A stretch of DNA of 64,000 nucleotides from Zygnema circumcarinatum SAG 698-1b (Eukaryota; Plantae; Zygnematophyceae). Shown one piece after another: positions 25,867 through 37,084 of this stretch. Positions within the stretch are counted from its first letter, which is position 1. Each line of letters opens with the position of its first letter. The stretch lies in the NCBI GenBank assembly GCA_037447605.1, contig CM074812.1:1674001-1738000 (forward strand). Reading direction: 5' to 3'. The notes under the pieces were generated by a model. It was not told the origin of the DNA and did no database searches. It worked only from the letters and a program-made list of their open reading frames with translations. A program made the translations under genes and the position numbers.

Positions 25867-28800
25867 ATGGCGGCGGATGTCGCTGAGGGAGCAGCAGCGA
25901 AGGGTATGAAGGCGCCACGTGGCGGCTATGGAGGTACGGGAGGAGGAGCTGCCGGTCCTCCTGTTTCTAAAGAGGCGCTTGCGTTGGCAGGGCGTAAGAA
26001 GGTAAGCAATCCTAATCTCAACCGTAATCTTAACCCTAATCCTAACCTCTATTCTACCCCTAACCCTTACCCCCATCCTAACCCTAACTCCGGACATGGT
26101 CCTAGCCATTTTCATGGGCGTATTCATTTCCTGACGAATAGCCATTCTCATGGCTACTCATTGGCATATTCATGATCATGGCCTTTTTGGAGCCGTAGCT
26201 CTATCAAAAGCAGGAGCAGGAGCAAAGTCTGCGTATGCTTGCAAGGCACTTCGTCTCCTGACCTTCTCTCGGCCTGAAAACTGGCAACATCGGTCATCCA
26301 GGGCGATATTGATATTGTTACTATGTTGATACTGATATACTGAAAGGGATTGATATTGATATTATACTGATATTGTTGTCAGCAGATCAGCAAAGTGCGG
26401 AAGAAGCATCTCTCCTTTATTATGAGCAAAGAAAGAAGAAAAGGTCGAGGATTGACAAGGAGGTCCTTTGTCCGGGTGGCAGCTGGATGAGTTTCGGAGG
26501 AAGAAGGCGAGTGAGAAACTTGCAGCTGCCAAGAAAAAGCAGGCAGCAGCTGTCTCTGCAACATCTTCTTCGACAAGTAACAACGGAGAAGCACTTCCTC
26601 CTTCACTCAATGCATTCACAGTTCCGTCAGAGCAAACGTCTCCATCAACAAGTGAGCCGCCATTACTTACTGCTGTACCTCCTTCTTCAGGAATTCTCTC
26701 AGCGGAGGCAAGTGCACTTTCAGTGCAGAGCAGTGGTGATATTTCTTCATTAAAAAGCGAAGAAATCGCATCGATCGATGCATCTTTGCTCCTATCAGCA
26801 GAAGTTGAGAAAGATGGAAGTCTTGAAGATGCAGGAGTTCATAGCAGTATCTCCACACCCCCTTTACCTTTACCTGATATCCCACCCTCCAGCCTCGTCC
26901 TTGAACGTTCTGTTGGCTCCACTTTATCAGAAGCAAAGGTTATTCCTAAAGATGACATCATCATATCTGAGGATGACGTCAGAACACCAGCCTCTCCAGT
27001 GGAATCAGCAGTCCCTTTCAAGAATGACATCAGCATATCTACGTCTCCTTTGGAAATCAGAATCTCCCCCAGTGATATCAGTATTTCGGCTGCAATGCGA
27101 TCTTCGAAAAGTGACTTCAGTACCTCGACTCCATCATCTGTCAGACTGGTTGAGAAACCACGGGTGGAATTTCCCGTTGGACTTTCGGATATGGCAGTGA
27201 ATAGCAGAGGAGAAGCTGTTAAGTCAAGTGAAGCAGAAGCGGTGAATGGGCTGTTGAAGGCCCCAAGCATGCAGAAGCTACCATCCGTCAGGTTAATTGA
27301 GAAACCACCAATAGCATCTCCGTTCAAGCAGTCAGATATGCCTTCCATCAAAAAGGAAACTGGCAAGTCAACGGAGGATTTAGCTATGAACGCCTTGCTG
27401 GAGACCCCAAGCATGCAACAGGAAGAAACTGCCATGAACCCAAAAAGACTATCGCAATTTCAGCCATCAATCTCTTCACCGGAAGCTAGAACCTCTGCTA
27501 TGTTTCCTCCTTTACCATCCGCCAGATTAGTTGAGAAACCACCGATAGCATCTCCATTTCAACCGTCATCTATGCCTTTCAATAAGAGAGAAACTCGCAA
27601 ATCTTTTGAAGAGACAGGGCTGAACGGCTTGTTGAAGCCCCAAAGCATGCAGCAGGAGGAAGCATCCATGCCCTTGAAAAAAGCACCACATTTTCAGTCT
27701 TCTATCCCTTCACCGGACACTGCGATATCTGCTATCTCGACTGCATTACCTTCTGCCAGATCTATTGACAAACCACCCGCAATATCTCCATTTCAACGAT
27801 TAGATATACCCTTCAAACCAAAAGAAACTGGCAAGTCATCTGAAGAGCCAGTAGTGAACAAATTGTTGAAGGCCCCATACACCCAGCAGGAGGAAGCCTC
27901 CTTGACCCTTAAGAAGCCATCACATTTTCAGTCATCCATCTCTTCATCAGAAGCTTCAATCTCTGCTATCTCGAATCCTTCACCGTCTTCAAGATTAGTT
28001 GAGAAACCATCAATGTTGTTTCCATTTCAAAAGTCGGATTTGGCAGTGAACGACAGACGAGAAGCTGCCAAGTCATATGAAGGAGCTCGGGTAAATGGAT
28101 ACTTGAAGGGTTCAGGCAGGCAGCAGGAGGAAGAATCTCTGCCCATGACAAGGCCACCTCCTCCGTGGCTCTCCCGCCCAGTCCACTCTCCCTCCCGCCC
28201 TCCCTCTCTCGCGCCTCTCTCTGCGCCTCTCCCTTTCCTCAGTGCTTCCTCTCTCTCAAAACCTCAACCACTAGGAGATGATTTGAAAGGAGCCGATGAA
28301 TTCAGGCGTACAGAAGCAGACCGGAAACGAGGGGACTTCACTTATTCATCAGCTGTTAATGACTTTGCAGCTTTAGAGCAGGTACTGAGTATAGTCGGAA
28401 ACAAGGTTGTCTACTTCACAGAGATGGGTCCTTACTATAGTTCGTTGCTGTTGGGGCTTCCTTTCTTAGGGGCATAATTGAATGCCTTTCCTTCACAGAA
28501 TGAGAAGTGTGTTTCAAAAGCTTATTTAGCATTGCTGTATTGTGTTCCTGAACTTACGAAACAGCCATAGCTTATAAGGATGCTGTTTGCCCTTGTTTGT
28601 GGTTTGGAAACTTTGTGAATGCAGCATATAGAGGATTTGACAAAGGAGAAGTTTACTCTGAAGCAAGGCCTTGATGCTGCCTGTGTTTTGGCGGAATCTC
28701 TGGCAAAAGAGAATAACGTTCTTATGGATGATTACAACAGTCAGGTAAAAAATATCTCTATCTTTATCACCAGCTCTTTTCCACTTCCTCCATCCTTGAA

Positions 28801-31800
28801 GCGGGGATATAAGATGGCTACCATTTCACCTTCATCCTCCGCCCTTGCGATTCTTTGTTTCATTCATTCACGGAGTAAACTTGGAGGCTGGAAATTTGCA
28901 GGGAGCCACAGTCAACCAGCTCAAGCAAGAGATAGAGCGTTTGGAAAAAGAAATTCAGGCACAAAAGGTGAATTTTGTTCTCCAAACTAAGTCTATTCCA
29001 TTTCATTCTTGCTGGATCTTTCGCTTCCGTTATTGCATGTTTGGAGACACTTTTCTTTGTACTTTTCTGGCATAGGGGGCATGATTCAGATCATATTATC
29101 ATCTGTTTTCCTAGCCAGACTGTTTAGGCTGCAGAATACTGTTTACTATGTGTAAGTTTGGGGCGAGTTTGCAGGTTGTGCTGGCCAGCTCGCGGGCAGA
29201 GAGAGAGAGAGCGATGGATGAGAAGAGCTCTGCAGTGGAGAGGTCGCAAGCTCTTGCTTCCGAAGTTATTGGGCTGGAGGAAAAGGTAGGGTTCAAGGAA
29301 ACAGTGAAGCAAGCATAAAGTTAAAAAAAAAACTCTTGTGATGGAGGAAAGCTGTGCGGAATGTTTGGTTTTCTGTTAAAGACGGGATAAATAGCTGGCA
29401 AAGATTATTTGTTAGGGTGTAACTAGAACTTCACAGAAAATTCATTAATCTTTTTCAATTACTTTTATGTTTGCAGGTTCTGAGAATGCGATCTCAAGAG
29501 CTTAAGTTGAAGCAAACAGCCGAGCGTTTGACGTCAGATATGGAAGCACAGAAGTGAGTTTATTTATCATGAATATTTGATATTGCAACTACTGCTGTTT
29601 GGCAGCCAGTCTATGTAAAACTGTTTTTTTTTTTTTTTCACTTATGAAGTTCCCGTTCTGCAGGAGGACATTAGGCTCTTTGGAAAAAGATCGCACCAAT
29701 TTGAGGGCTCAAATTGCGAGTTTGCAGGAAGGTGTGTGAAATTCTCAGGACGTGGAACTGTGTATTATGGAATTCATGTAGTTCATTTTTGTCTTATAAT
29801 GGCTTCACTTGTTGAAATAATGGACTAAAGACTGAAAAATCGATATTCAGTTTGTCTTGAAGGAAAGACTAACCTATTTCGCAAGGAGTGTACCGATTTC
29901 GAATCCCAAAAGTGTGTCTGAATATCTATGTATCTCTGTATGTATGTATCCTGCTTTCTCCATACAGAGAAAGGGTCCCTTCAAACCCGACTCCGAAAAG
30001 CAGCAGTTGGTGGAGCTTTGAGAGATGTGGGTGCTTCTTCAAGCAGCCATGAACCCCGGGGGGGAGTAGAGGCTGCTACTTCTACAGAGGATCTTGGTAT
30101 GAGCCTCCTCCTCCCTCCATTCTGCATATATAAAATGTGAATTTTTCACATTAAATTTTGGTGGAGCAGTATATGAGCACATGAAAGGGTGTCCTTGTTC
30201 ATTTTACTGGTCAAGAAGCAGTTTTGTTTGGACGGAATTGGCTTCGGATGGGAGCCGAGTAGTTTGTTCAGACGTGGTAGAAGGGGAGAGGGGGGAGCGA
30301 GAGGGAAGAGTGGGACGAGAGGGGAGATTGGGGAGAGAGAGGGGAGAGGGAGGAGAGGTGGAGGAGAGTGGAGAGGAGATCTGTTGGCTGTAGGTCGCCT
30401 TGATCGGCGTGGAAAAGAAAGGTTTTGAAGTATAGCCTTATAATTTTCAGTACTCGGGCATTGGTGGAATGCTGGCTTATATATGCAGTAGTGATTAGAT
30501 GAACCTTCTCACCGTAACTAGCTTTCAGTCCCCTCTCTTCTTCCCCTGCAAGATTTGATGTTTTAATCTCCGCTCACGATTTATTTTTCTTTTTAACCAC
30601 TCCTATCTGCAGAGCCACCACCCAGCTCTGCTAACAGCCGAATACCTGAAGCTGAAAGAGGAGCGGAAGTGGGAGAAGGAGAGAGCAGTGAGGCGCGAGA
30701 GGGGCCTGTCTCTGAGGGAGGGAGAGAAAGTAGAGACTCGGATGCTGCACAAGCAGCAGTAAGGGGCTCGTTGGACGCAGGGGAGGCAACGAGAGAGGAG
30801 GAGAGATTGGAAGAGAGAGGAGCGGAGGAGGAGGAGGAGGACGAAGAGGAGGAAGAGGAGGAGGAGTATATGGGAGTGACTGCCAACTCCAGTATAAAGC
30901 GTGTAACTTCAGCCATGGCTGCTGCTTTTGCTGCTGCTTCCTATACCACAGGAGCAGCTATTCAGCCTTCCCTTATACCTCTATTGCCGGATGCGAGTGA
31001 GGATTTACCCGGAGAGGAGCGGCAAACCATTCAGGCGATTGATGATCTTCTCGATGAGGTAGGCACTCTGTTCCTCTCCTACTCTCTCTCGCCCTGTCTC
31101 TCTCGCTCATTCTCTCTCTCTCTCTCTCTCTGAGCACTTACATTTGCATGTTATCGAAGTGATACTTCAAAGACAAGGGCTGCTGTTGTACTCTTTGTTT
31201 TATTTGATGTCTGCATTGGGAAAGCCACAGGATTCGATAGTGTTAACAATAGCTAGGTCATGCATTCTCTAATGGGGCAGCAACAATCTCTCTCTCTCGC
31301 TCTCTCTCTCGCTCTCTCTCTCGCTCTCTCTCTCGCCCCCTCTCTCTTTTCCCCTCTCGCTCCCCCCTTCCCCTTCCCCTCCCCATCTCCCTCTCCCTTT
31401 CCCTCTCCCACCCTCCGTCTCCCCCCTATCCTGCCTCTCCTTCCCTATCTCCCACCCCCCCTCTCTCCTCGCCTTCTCTACCCCCCATCGCCCTCTCCCT
31501 CTCCCTCNNNNNNNNNNCCCTCTCCCTCTCCCTCTCCCTCTCCCTCTCCCTCTCTCTCTCCCTCTCCCTCTCCCTCCCCCTCTCCCTCTGCCCCACCCCT
31601 TATGAAATCTGCAGATGAGGGAGGAAAGGCGAGCTATGGTGCGGGCTTTAAATGCGGAGGCAGCAGCAGCTGCAGAGCTCAGAGTACGGCCCCTTCCTTT
31701 ATGCATTTTTAAATTTCTGGTTTTTAGAGTTTCTCTTGTGTTTAAAACGTTTCTCTATTTTTTGCTCTCACAATGCAACTTTCCTTTTCTTTTGAGTGCT

Positions 31801-32669
31801 CCAGAAAAGCTTCGAAAAAAATACACAAACATGTTCTCTAACAACTAAAAATGAATTTTATCTCATTCAAATCGTCGAAAACTCCTGAAAAGGTCTCCCC
31901 TTTCTATGAAGGGCAACGCATGTCTCTCTCTGTCTCTCTCTCCCTCTCTCTCTCTCTCGCTCTCTCTCTCGCTCTCTCTCTCCCTCTCTCACAGGGAGTG
32001 TGCGGGTGAGGGAGGGGTGTGAGAGCAGGCTTCCAATGCAGACCTATCCCGCAAGCTCGCCATGCAGACGCAGAGGTTGGAGCTTGCTGTGGCTCAGAAT
32101 ATGAGAGCTGCCTCCCTCTCTCTCTCCCTCAATGAGAGCAGCACTCTGGGAAGTGCCCGGTTCGGGCAGGAATACATAGACGAGAGTGATGAGGTGAGTA
32201 GTAGTCCCTACGCTGTTTTAAGGTTTGTAAGGATATGCTTTAGTTCTTTTTGAGGGGGTAAGAGATTCCATATGTTGAACTGCAGCTCCTATGTTTTCGG
32301 CTCCGTGGTTTCAACAGAGTAATGACTGTGGGCTCTCGCTCTCTCTCGTCTCTCCCTTCTTCTATCTCTCCCTCTCACACACACAAACATTCGCACACTC
32401 TCTCCCCACACTCTCTTCTCTCTTTCCTCACTCTCTCTTCTGAGATCTCCTACCCTCAACTTAAAGCATATGAGTTGGAACGCCATTCTCCTTTCAAAGC
32501 AGAAACATAAATCGAATCAGTGATTTTATCAGTCTATTTAAGTACTCCGTTTTTCTTAGTTCAACTTCATCTGTTGGCATCTTTTCCTTTTTGTATGCAG
32601 GTGGCTGAACGTGTGCTGACGTGGATATTGCGGTTATTCCCAGGAGGGAGGAGTAACTCAAAGCAATGA
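25867..32669 (+). CDS. BLI: BLISTER-like coiled-coil protein (PRC2/IRE1-associated in Arabidopsis), about 1117 aa, 12 exons
   Basis: join 25867-26001, 26483-28381, 28625-28744, 28902-28967, 29175-29285, 29477-29553, 29664-29731, 29968-30096, 30613-31058, 31615-31683, 32029-32193, 32601-32669 = 3354 nt. Motifs AGRKKLDEFRRKKA, DFAALEQHIEDLTKEKFTL, SQALASEVIGLEEK, QAIDDLLDE, LSRKLAMQTQRLEL and DEVAERVLTWILRLFPGG match BLISTER. Confidence 0.9.
26008..26090 (-). repeat. Degenerate (CCCTAA)n telomere-like array at the start of BLI intron 1
   Basis: + strand aatcctaatctcaaccgtaatcttaaccctaatcctaacc...cctaaccctaact, immediately after the donor at 26002. Confidence 0.7.
27150..28130 (+). repeat. Coding tandem repeat in BLI exon 2: five copies of an RLVEKP-core module, 234-nt (78-aa) period
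   Basis: E/D-K-P anchor codons at 27152, 27299, 27533, 27767, 28001 (spacings 147, 234, 234, 234). Confidence 0.9.
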
Positions 32670-33894
32670 GGACTCCACCTCCATTTTTAGGGTTCAGGAG
32701 ATTTTAGGGTTTGGCAACGCGCCTGCAAACTCTAATCAACTGAAGGCCAAATCAAGCCAGCCATGTGTGCGCTCTATGTAGAAAATCAATTCTTCAGTTT
32801 GCACTTTATTGGATTTATAAGCTTTTCCTGCCCCCTTCTGTTTGTGCTTTGCTGGTCTCCTCGTGGCCGCTGATTGGTCGTTCAGTTAGGGCTACGTCCT
32901 GCAGCTGACGTGGAAGGCGCAAGGACGGTCATATGACGTCAGTGGGCGCCGCCCGACAAAGTCGCCTTCGAATCATACTTTCCTTTTTTAGAACTAGTAC
33001 ATTTCAGCGGACGTATCAGTCGATCTTTAATATACTCGTTTTGATTTGTAGCTGAGGAACGCTTTTTTTTGGAACAAAAACGGAAACTGGACTTTTTCGT
33101 TCAAAATTGACGAGATGACAAATTACGACAGCTGTTTAGCGGGAAATGTCGATGGCGTGGCAGCTTATAAATGGGCCAACGAAATCAACAACGACAAAAC
33201 AATCTGCGGCCTGGATTATACGGACCGTACGCACGTTTGGACGTTTCCGCCGACACACTCCCAGGAATTGGTCCATTCAAACAGTGCCGCGTGGCATTTA
33301 ATAGTCAACTCTTCCGGATGGATTGAGGGAGTCCAAAAGATTCAAAAGGTCGCGAATTTTTCTAATAATAACATTTCCTGCCCATAAAGGAAGACAATTG
33401 CAACAAATTTAAATACGTTGGTCCAATCCGACTCCACCACGTCACGAACAAAATATATTTCAACTAATTAAAAGTTTTCAGAGTACAAATTGAACTTTTT
33501 GCAGCTTTCAACTGAAAACTTTATCAAGGACTGTCCGCGACTAAGAAAAACGTTTTGCTGCCCCCGTTCGTCCGCCCCCGCCGTACGCCCTTCCCCTCCT
33601 TCACTGCCGCCCTCCCCCACACCCCCTTCCCTCCCCCGTACCTTCCTCTCCCTCCCTCCCTACATTCTCTACGTTTTCCCTTCTCAAATTATCTCTTTTC
33701 TCTCTCTCCCTTTCCCCCTCCCTCCCCCCCTCCCTCCCTCCCCCATCCCACCTCCCTCCCTCCCTCCCCTCCCTCCCTCCCCCCTCCCACCTCCCTCGCT
33801 CCCTCCCTCCCCNNNNNNNNNNCCTCCCTCCCTCTCTCCCTCCCTCCCCCCCATCCCCCCTCCCTCTCTCCCCTCTTCCCCCCTCCCTCCCTCC

Positions 33895-34445
33895 ATGGCT
33901 ACCCTCCGTGAGTCCACGAGCCTCCTCATGGCGGCGGAGTACGGGCAGGGCCTCTCCCACTCGTGGGCCCACGTCCCCCTCCCTTCCTCCTCCGACGACC
34001 GCCCGACCCCTCTCGTCCTCGCCCGCCCCGCCACGCTCGCCTCCTCCTCCCGCTCCTTCCAGGCCAAGGTCCTCGCCCTCTCCTCCCTCCTCCTCCTCTG
34101 CCTCATCGCCATCACCCTCCTCGCCCTCCAGCCCGCCCCCAAGCTCCGTACATCTCGTAAGGCCCGTACGGTCCATGATGCAGGAGTGCCGCTACAGCAG
34201 TCGCTGCAGCAACATCACATTGGTGATGTTGAAGGAGGCAGGGAGGGGCGGAAAGAGGAGGGAAGGGAGGGGGCCATGGCCATGGCGGCGGTCGAGCTGC
34301 GAGTTGCGTATGGAGGGAGAGAGGTGTCCGGAAGTGCAGCGGTAGAGAGCGGAGTGATGAAGGAGCAGCCGGACGTGAGAGTGGGAGGGACGCCGGGGAA
34401 ATTCTACGCTCTTGTGAGGACTCTCTTTCTCTCTCTCTCTCTTTT

Positions 34446-34495
<50 letters not shown>

Positions 34496-35352
34496 CCTCT
34501 CTCTCCATTCTCTATTCTTTCTATTCTGTAGTCAGTAACTGACTGACTAGCACTGTGGTTAGATGAGAGGCTGAGTCATACCGTCTCACCTGGGGAATTT
34601 GAACTTATCTGACAAACGAATTTTCTCAAGAAAAAAATTATCTGTCTGATCGAGGTCCTGTGCCCATTTTTCTGCTCAATTTTTATCAAGACCCAATACT
34701 TCTTGAAAGAATATCATATGAAACTAGAACTTAAAGGAAGAGGGGACTAAAATGTCGCGGTACACGCTCGAGGATTCGCAGGTTTTGCACTCCTCCCGCG
34801 GCAGTGGTGATGCTGAACCCAAAAATGCACAGGCTCTACACTGGTGAGTGCCACCCCCTCCCTCCTCCCCTTCTCTCCCACTCCCACTCCCACTCCCACT
34901 CCCACTCCCACTCCCACTCCCACTCCCACTCCCACTCCCACTCCCACTCCCACTCCCACTCCCACTCCCACTCCCACTCCCACTCCCACTCCCACTCCCA
35001 CTCCCACTCCCACTCCCACTCCCACTCCCACTCCCACTCCCACTCCCACTCCCCCTCCCACTTCCTCTCCCTTCCCCTTCCCCTATCTCCTTATCCTTCC
35101 CCAACCCCCCCCTCTTTCATCGCCCTTGTGTCCCCTCGCCTCTTCTCTCTCCTTTCCCTTCAGATTAAGTGCGCAGGAATTTTTTCCTAGTCAATTTCTA
35201 TTCGTTGAAGGTCCTGCTTTCTTGCTCTGCTAAAAATAAAAAATAAAAATGAAAAAAAAGGTTCACCTTTTGCATTCCTCGTGGTTTCAGGATCGTGCTC
35301 AACATCCCGAGCGGTAGCTCTGCCGATAAAGGTACAAATTTTAATATAAATT

Positions 35353-35389
<37 letters not shown>

Positions 35390-35813
35390 TCCTCATTTCT
35401 CCACACTCTGTTCATCTTTAAAACGCTGCTAGTTAGAGAAACTTTATGCCAAAGATAAAATATAAAAAAAATAATTTGAATGCTCGGTATTTTCTGACTA
35501 TTTTTTGTCGGGTATATGCACCCCAATTAAATAATTAAATAATTAATTGATTAATTAATTATTTAATTATTTGCTGCCCCTCTTTGCAGGAATCACAATT
35601 CTTGAATACCTTCAACCTCTATCTTTATCAGAGGCCAATTTTTACACCTTCACACTATACGAGCAAACCCATCTCTTGCTTTCTGAAGGCGCCTTCAACA
35701 ACAACAACATGGGTGACCTTCACTACTTCTTGGAGACTCGTGGGCTCAGCGTCCCTGTGGGGGCATTGCACCTTCTTGTTAATGGCGGCTCGGAAATTAA
35801 GCTCTCTAGATGA
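33895..35813 (+). CDS. Divergent FT/TFL1/MFT-family PEBP protein with N-terminal transmembrane anchor, 281 aa, 4 exons
   Basis: join 33895-34413, 34782-34843 (62 nt), 35291-35331 (41 nt), 35590-35813 (224 nt) = 846 nt. Exon 2-4 sizes and junctions equal those of FT. Aligns to FT: [27 protein letters not shown]|V..LHW|IVLNIP..G|..[21 protein letters not shown]. Hydrophobic segment aa 59-78. Confidence 0.85.
34876..35052. repeat. (CCCACT)n hexamer, about 29 copies, in PEBP intron 2
   Basis: Directly visible. Confidence 0.95.
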
Positions 35814-36232
35814 TGTTAGGCCATGCCCTAGTTGTTGTTGTTGTTGATGTTGGCACTTCATGCACAATGTCTAAAGGTTCTAGGGCTATTAGAGTATGTA
35901 GAGTGTACAGGGTTTTTGTAAAGTAATGGTATGTTTGGTGGAGTCCTCCTATAGCATGATGAAGATGGCATGAAATTGTTGGGAACACTAGAAAGGTTAG
36001 TTCGGTGTATATTGACCTTAAACGTTATATGCGGCTCAAAGGTTGGTCGTTTGTATAGTTCGATCGAGAGGAGTAGAAAGGACTGTTGTTAAACACAGAG
36101 TTGAGAGCAACTTGCTAGAACATGGGACTTCATGAACCATGTGTGCGCATAGGTCGAGCTTCCCTTCCTTTCACCGAAATGGTCACTTCGATGTACATTT
36201 TGTATTGTATAAAAACAAATCAGTTGTGTGTC

Positions 36233-36265
<33 letters not shown>

Positions 36266-36302
36266 CCCTGCGGCTGTATGCGGTCGATTTTGCCACGTGT
36301 CA

Positions 36303-36354
36303 GATCCAACGGCCGAGATTTGTCGTTTCCGGAAAATCCGGCGATCCAACGGCT
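36303..36354 (+). promoter_or_regulatory. Pair of MSA-like (MYB3R) elements GATCCAACGGY upstream of LUC7
   Basis: GATCCAACGGCC at 36303-36314 and GATCCAACGGCT at 36343-36354 match the YCYAACGGYY consensus; function is inferred. Confidence 0.35.
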
Positions 36355-37084
36355 CTCCCAAGCGCATCGCAGCTTGACGGATCTAAACTGGATCCGCTGG
36401 AATTGGATTGCATGTAGACGCTGCAACATAGGGATCTATGTGGTGTTGCTGTTCTACGGATTTCGGGACATGTAGTCTTGGAAGCGGCCGTAAACTGGTT
36501 CCTGCTTCCAGACCTTTCAGGGTCTTCACTTGAATCCATGGCGGCCTAGCCCAGCTAGGGTTAGGAGCCCTGCGCCTCTTTGTACCGGCCTCGTTACCCT
36601 CTCCTTCCTTGCCTCCTTCTCCCGTCTCTTCTCTCTCTCTCTTCCTTTTTCTCTCTCCCTCTGTTCTTCTTCCCTTTGCTGCCCTCGTCGTCCATTTACC
36701 GTTCCTGCCCCTACTACAGTCGCCTATCTTCCCCTCACTCCCTTCCTTCTCTGCACACTCTCTCCCTTTTGCCCGCCTATATTTCTCCATCCCTCTCTAA
36801 TAACCTCAAAGAACCTCTCAAACTCGGATCCTCTCCTGCCTCCCTCTTTCCTCCTGTATTACATTCACAGCGATCAGAGCCCTCTCCTCCTTGCTGCCCC
36901 TCCCTTTTGCCTCTCCTCCCTTTCCCTTTCCCTTTCCTCCCATCCCTCTCCTTCTCCCCTCTCTTCCCTTTTCATTCCACTTCGTCCCTCCCTCTCTCCT
37001 GTGTGATGCGCCTCTAGCCTCTCTCTCTCTCTCTCACAACCGGCCTCCACCTCGCTGTGCCTAAGCCACTGCCACTTGGCAGCC

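Noticed and set aside
33115-33387. 90-aa ORF upstream of the PEBP gene
   Set aside because: No recognisable motif or splice link to the PEBP gene; it lies in promoter-like DNA. Not supported without expression data.
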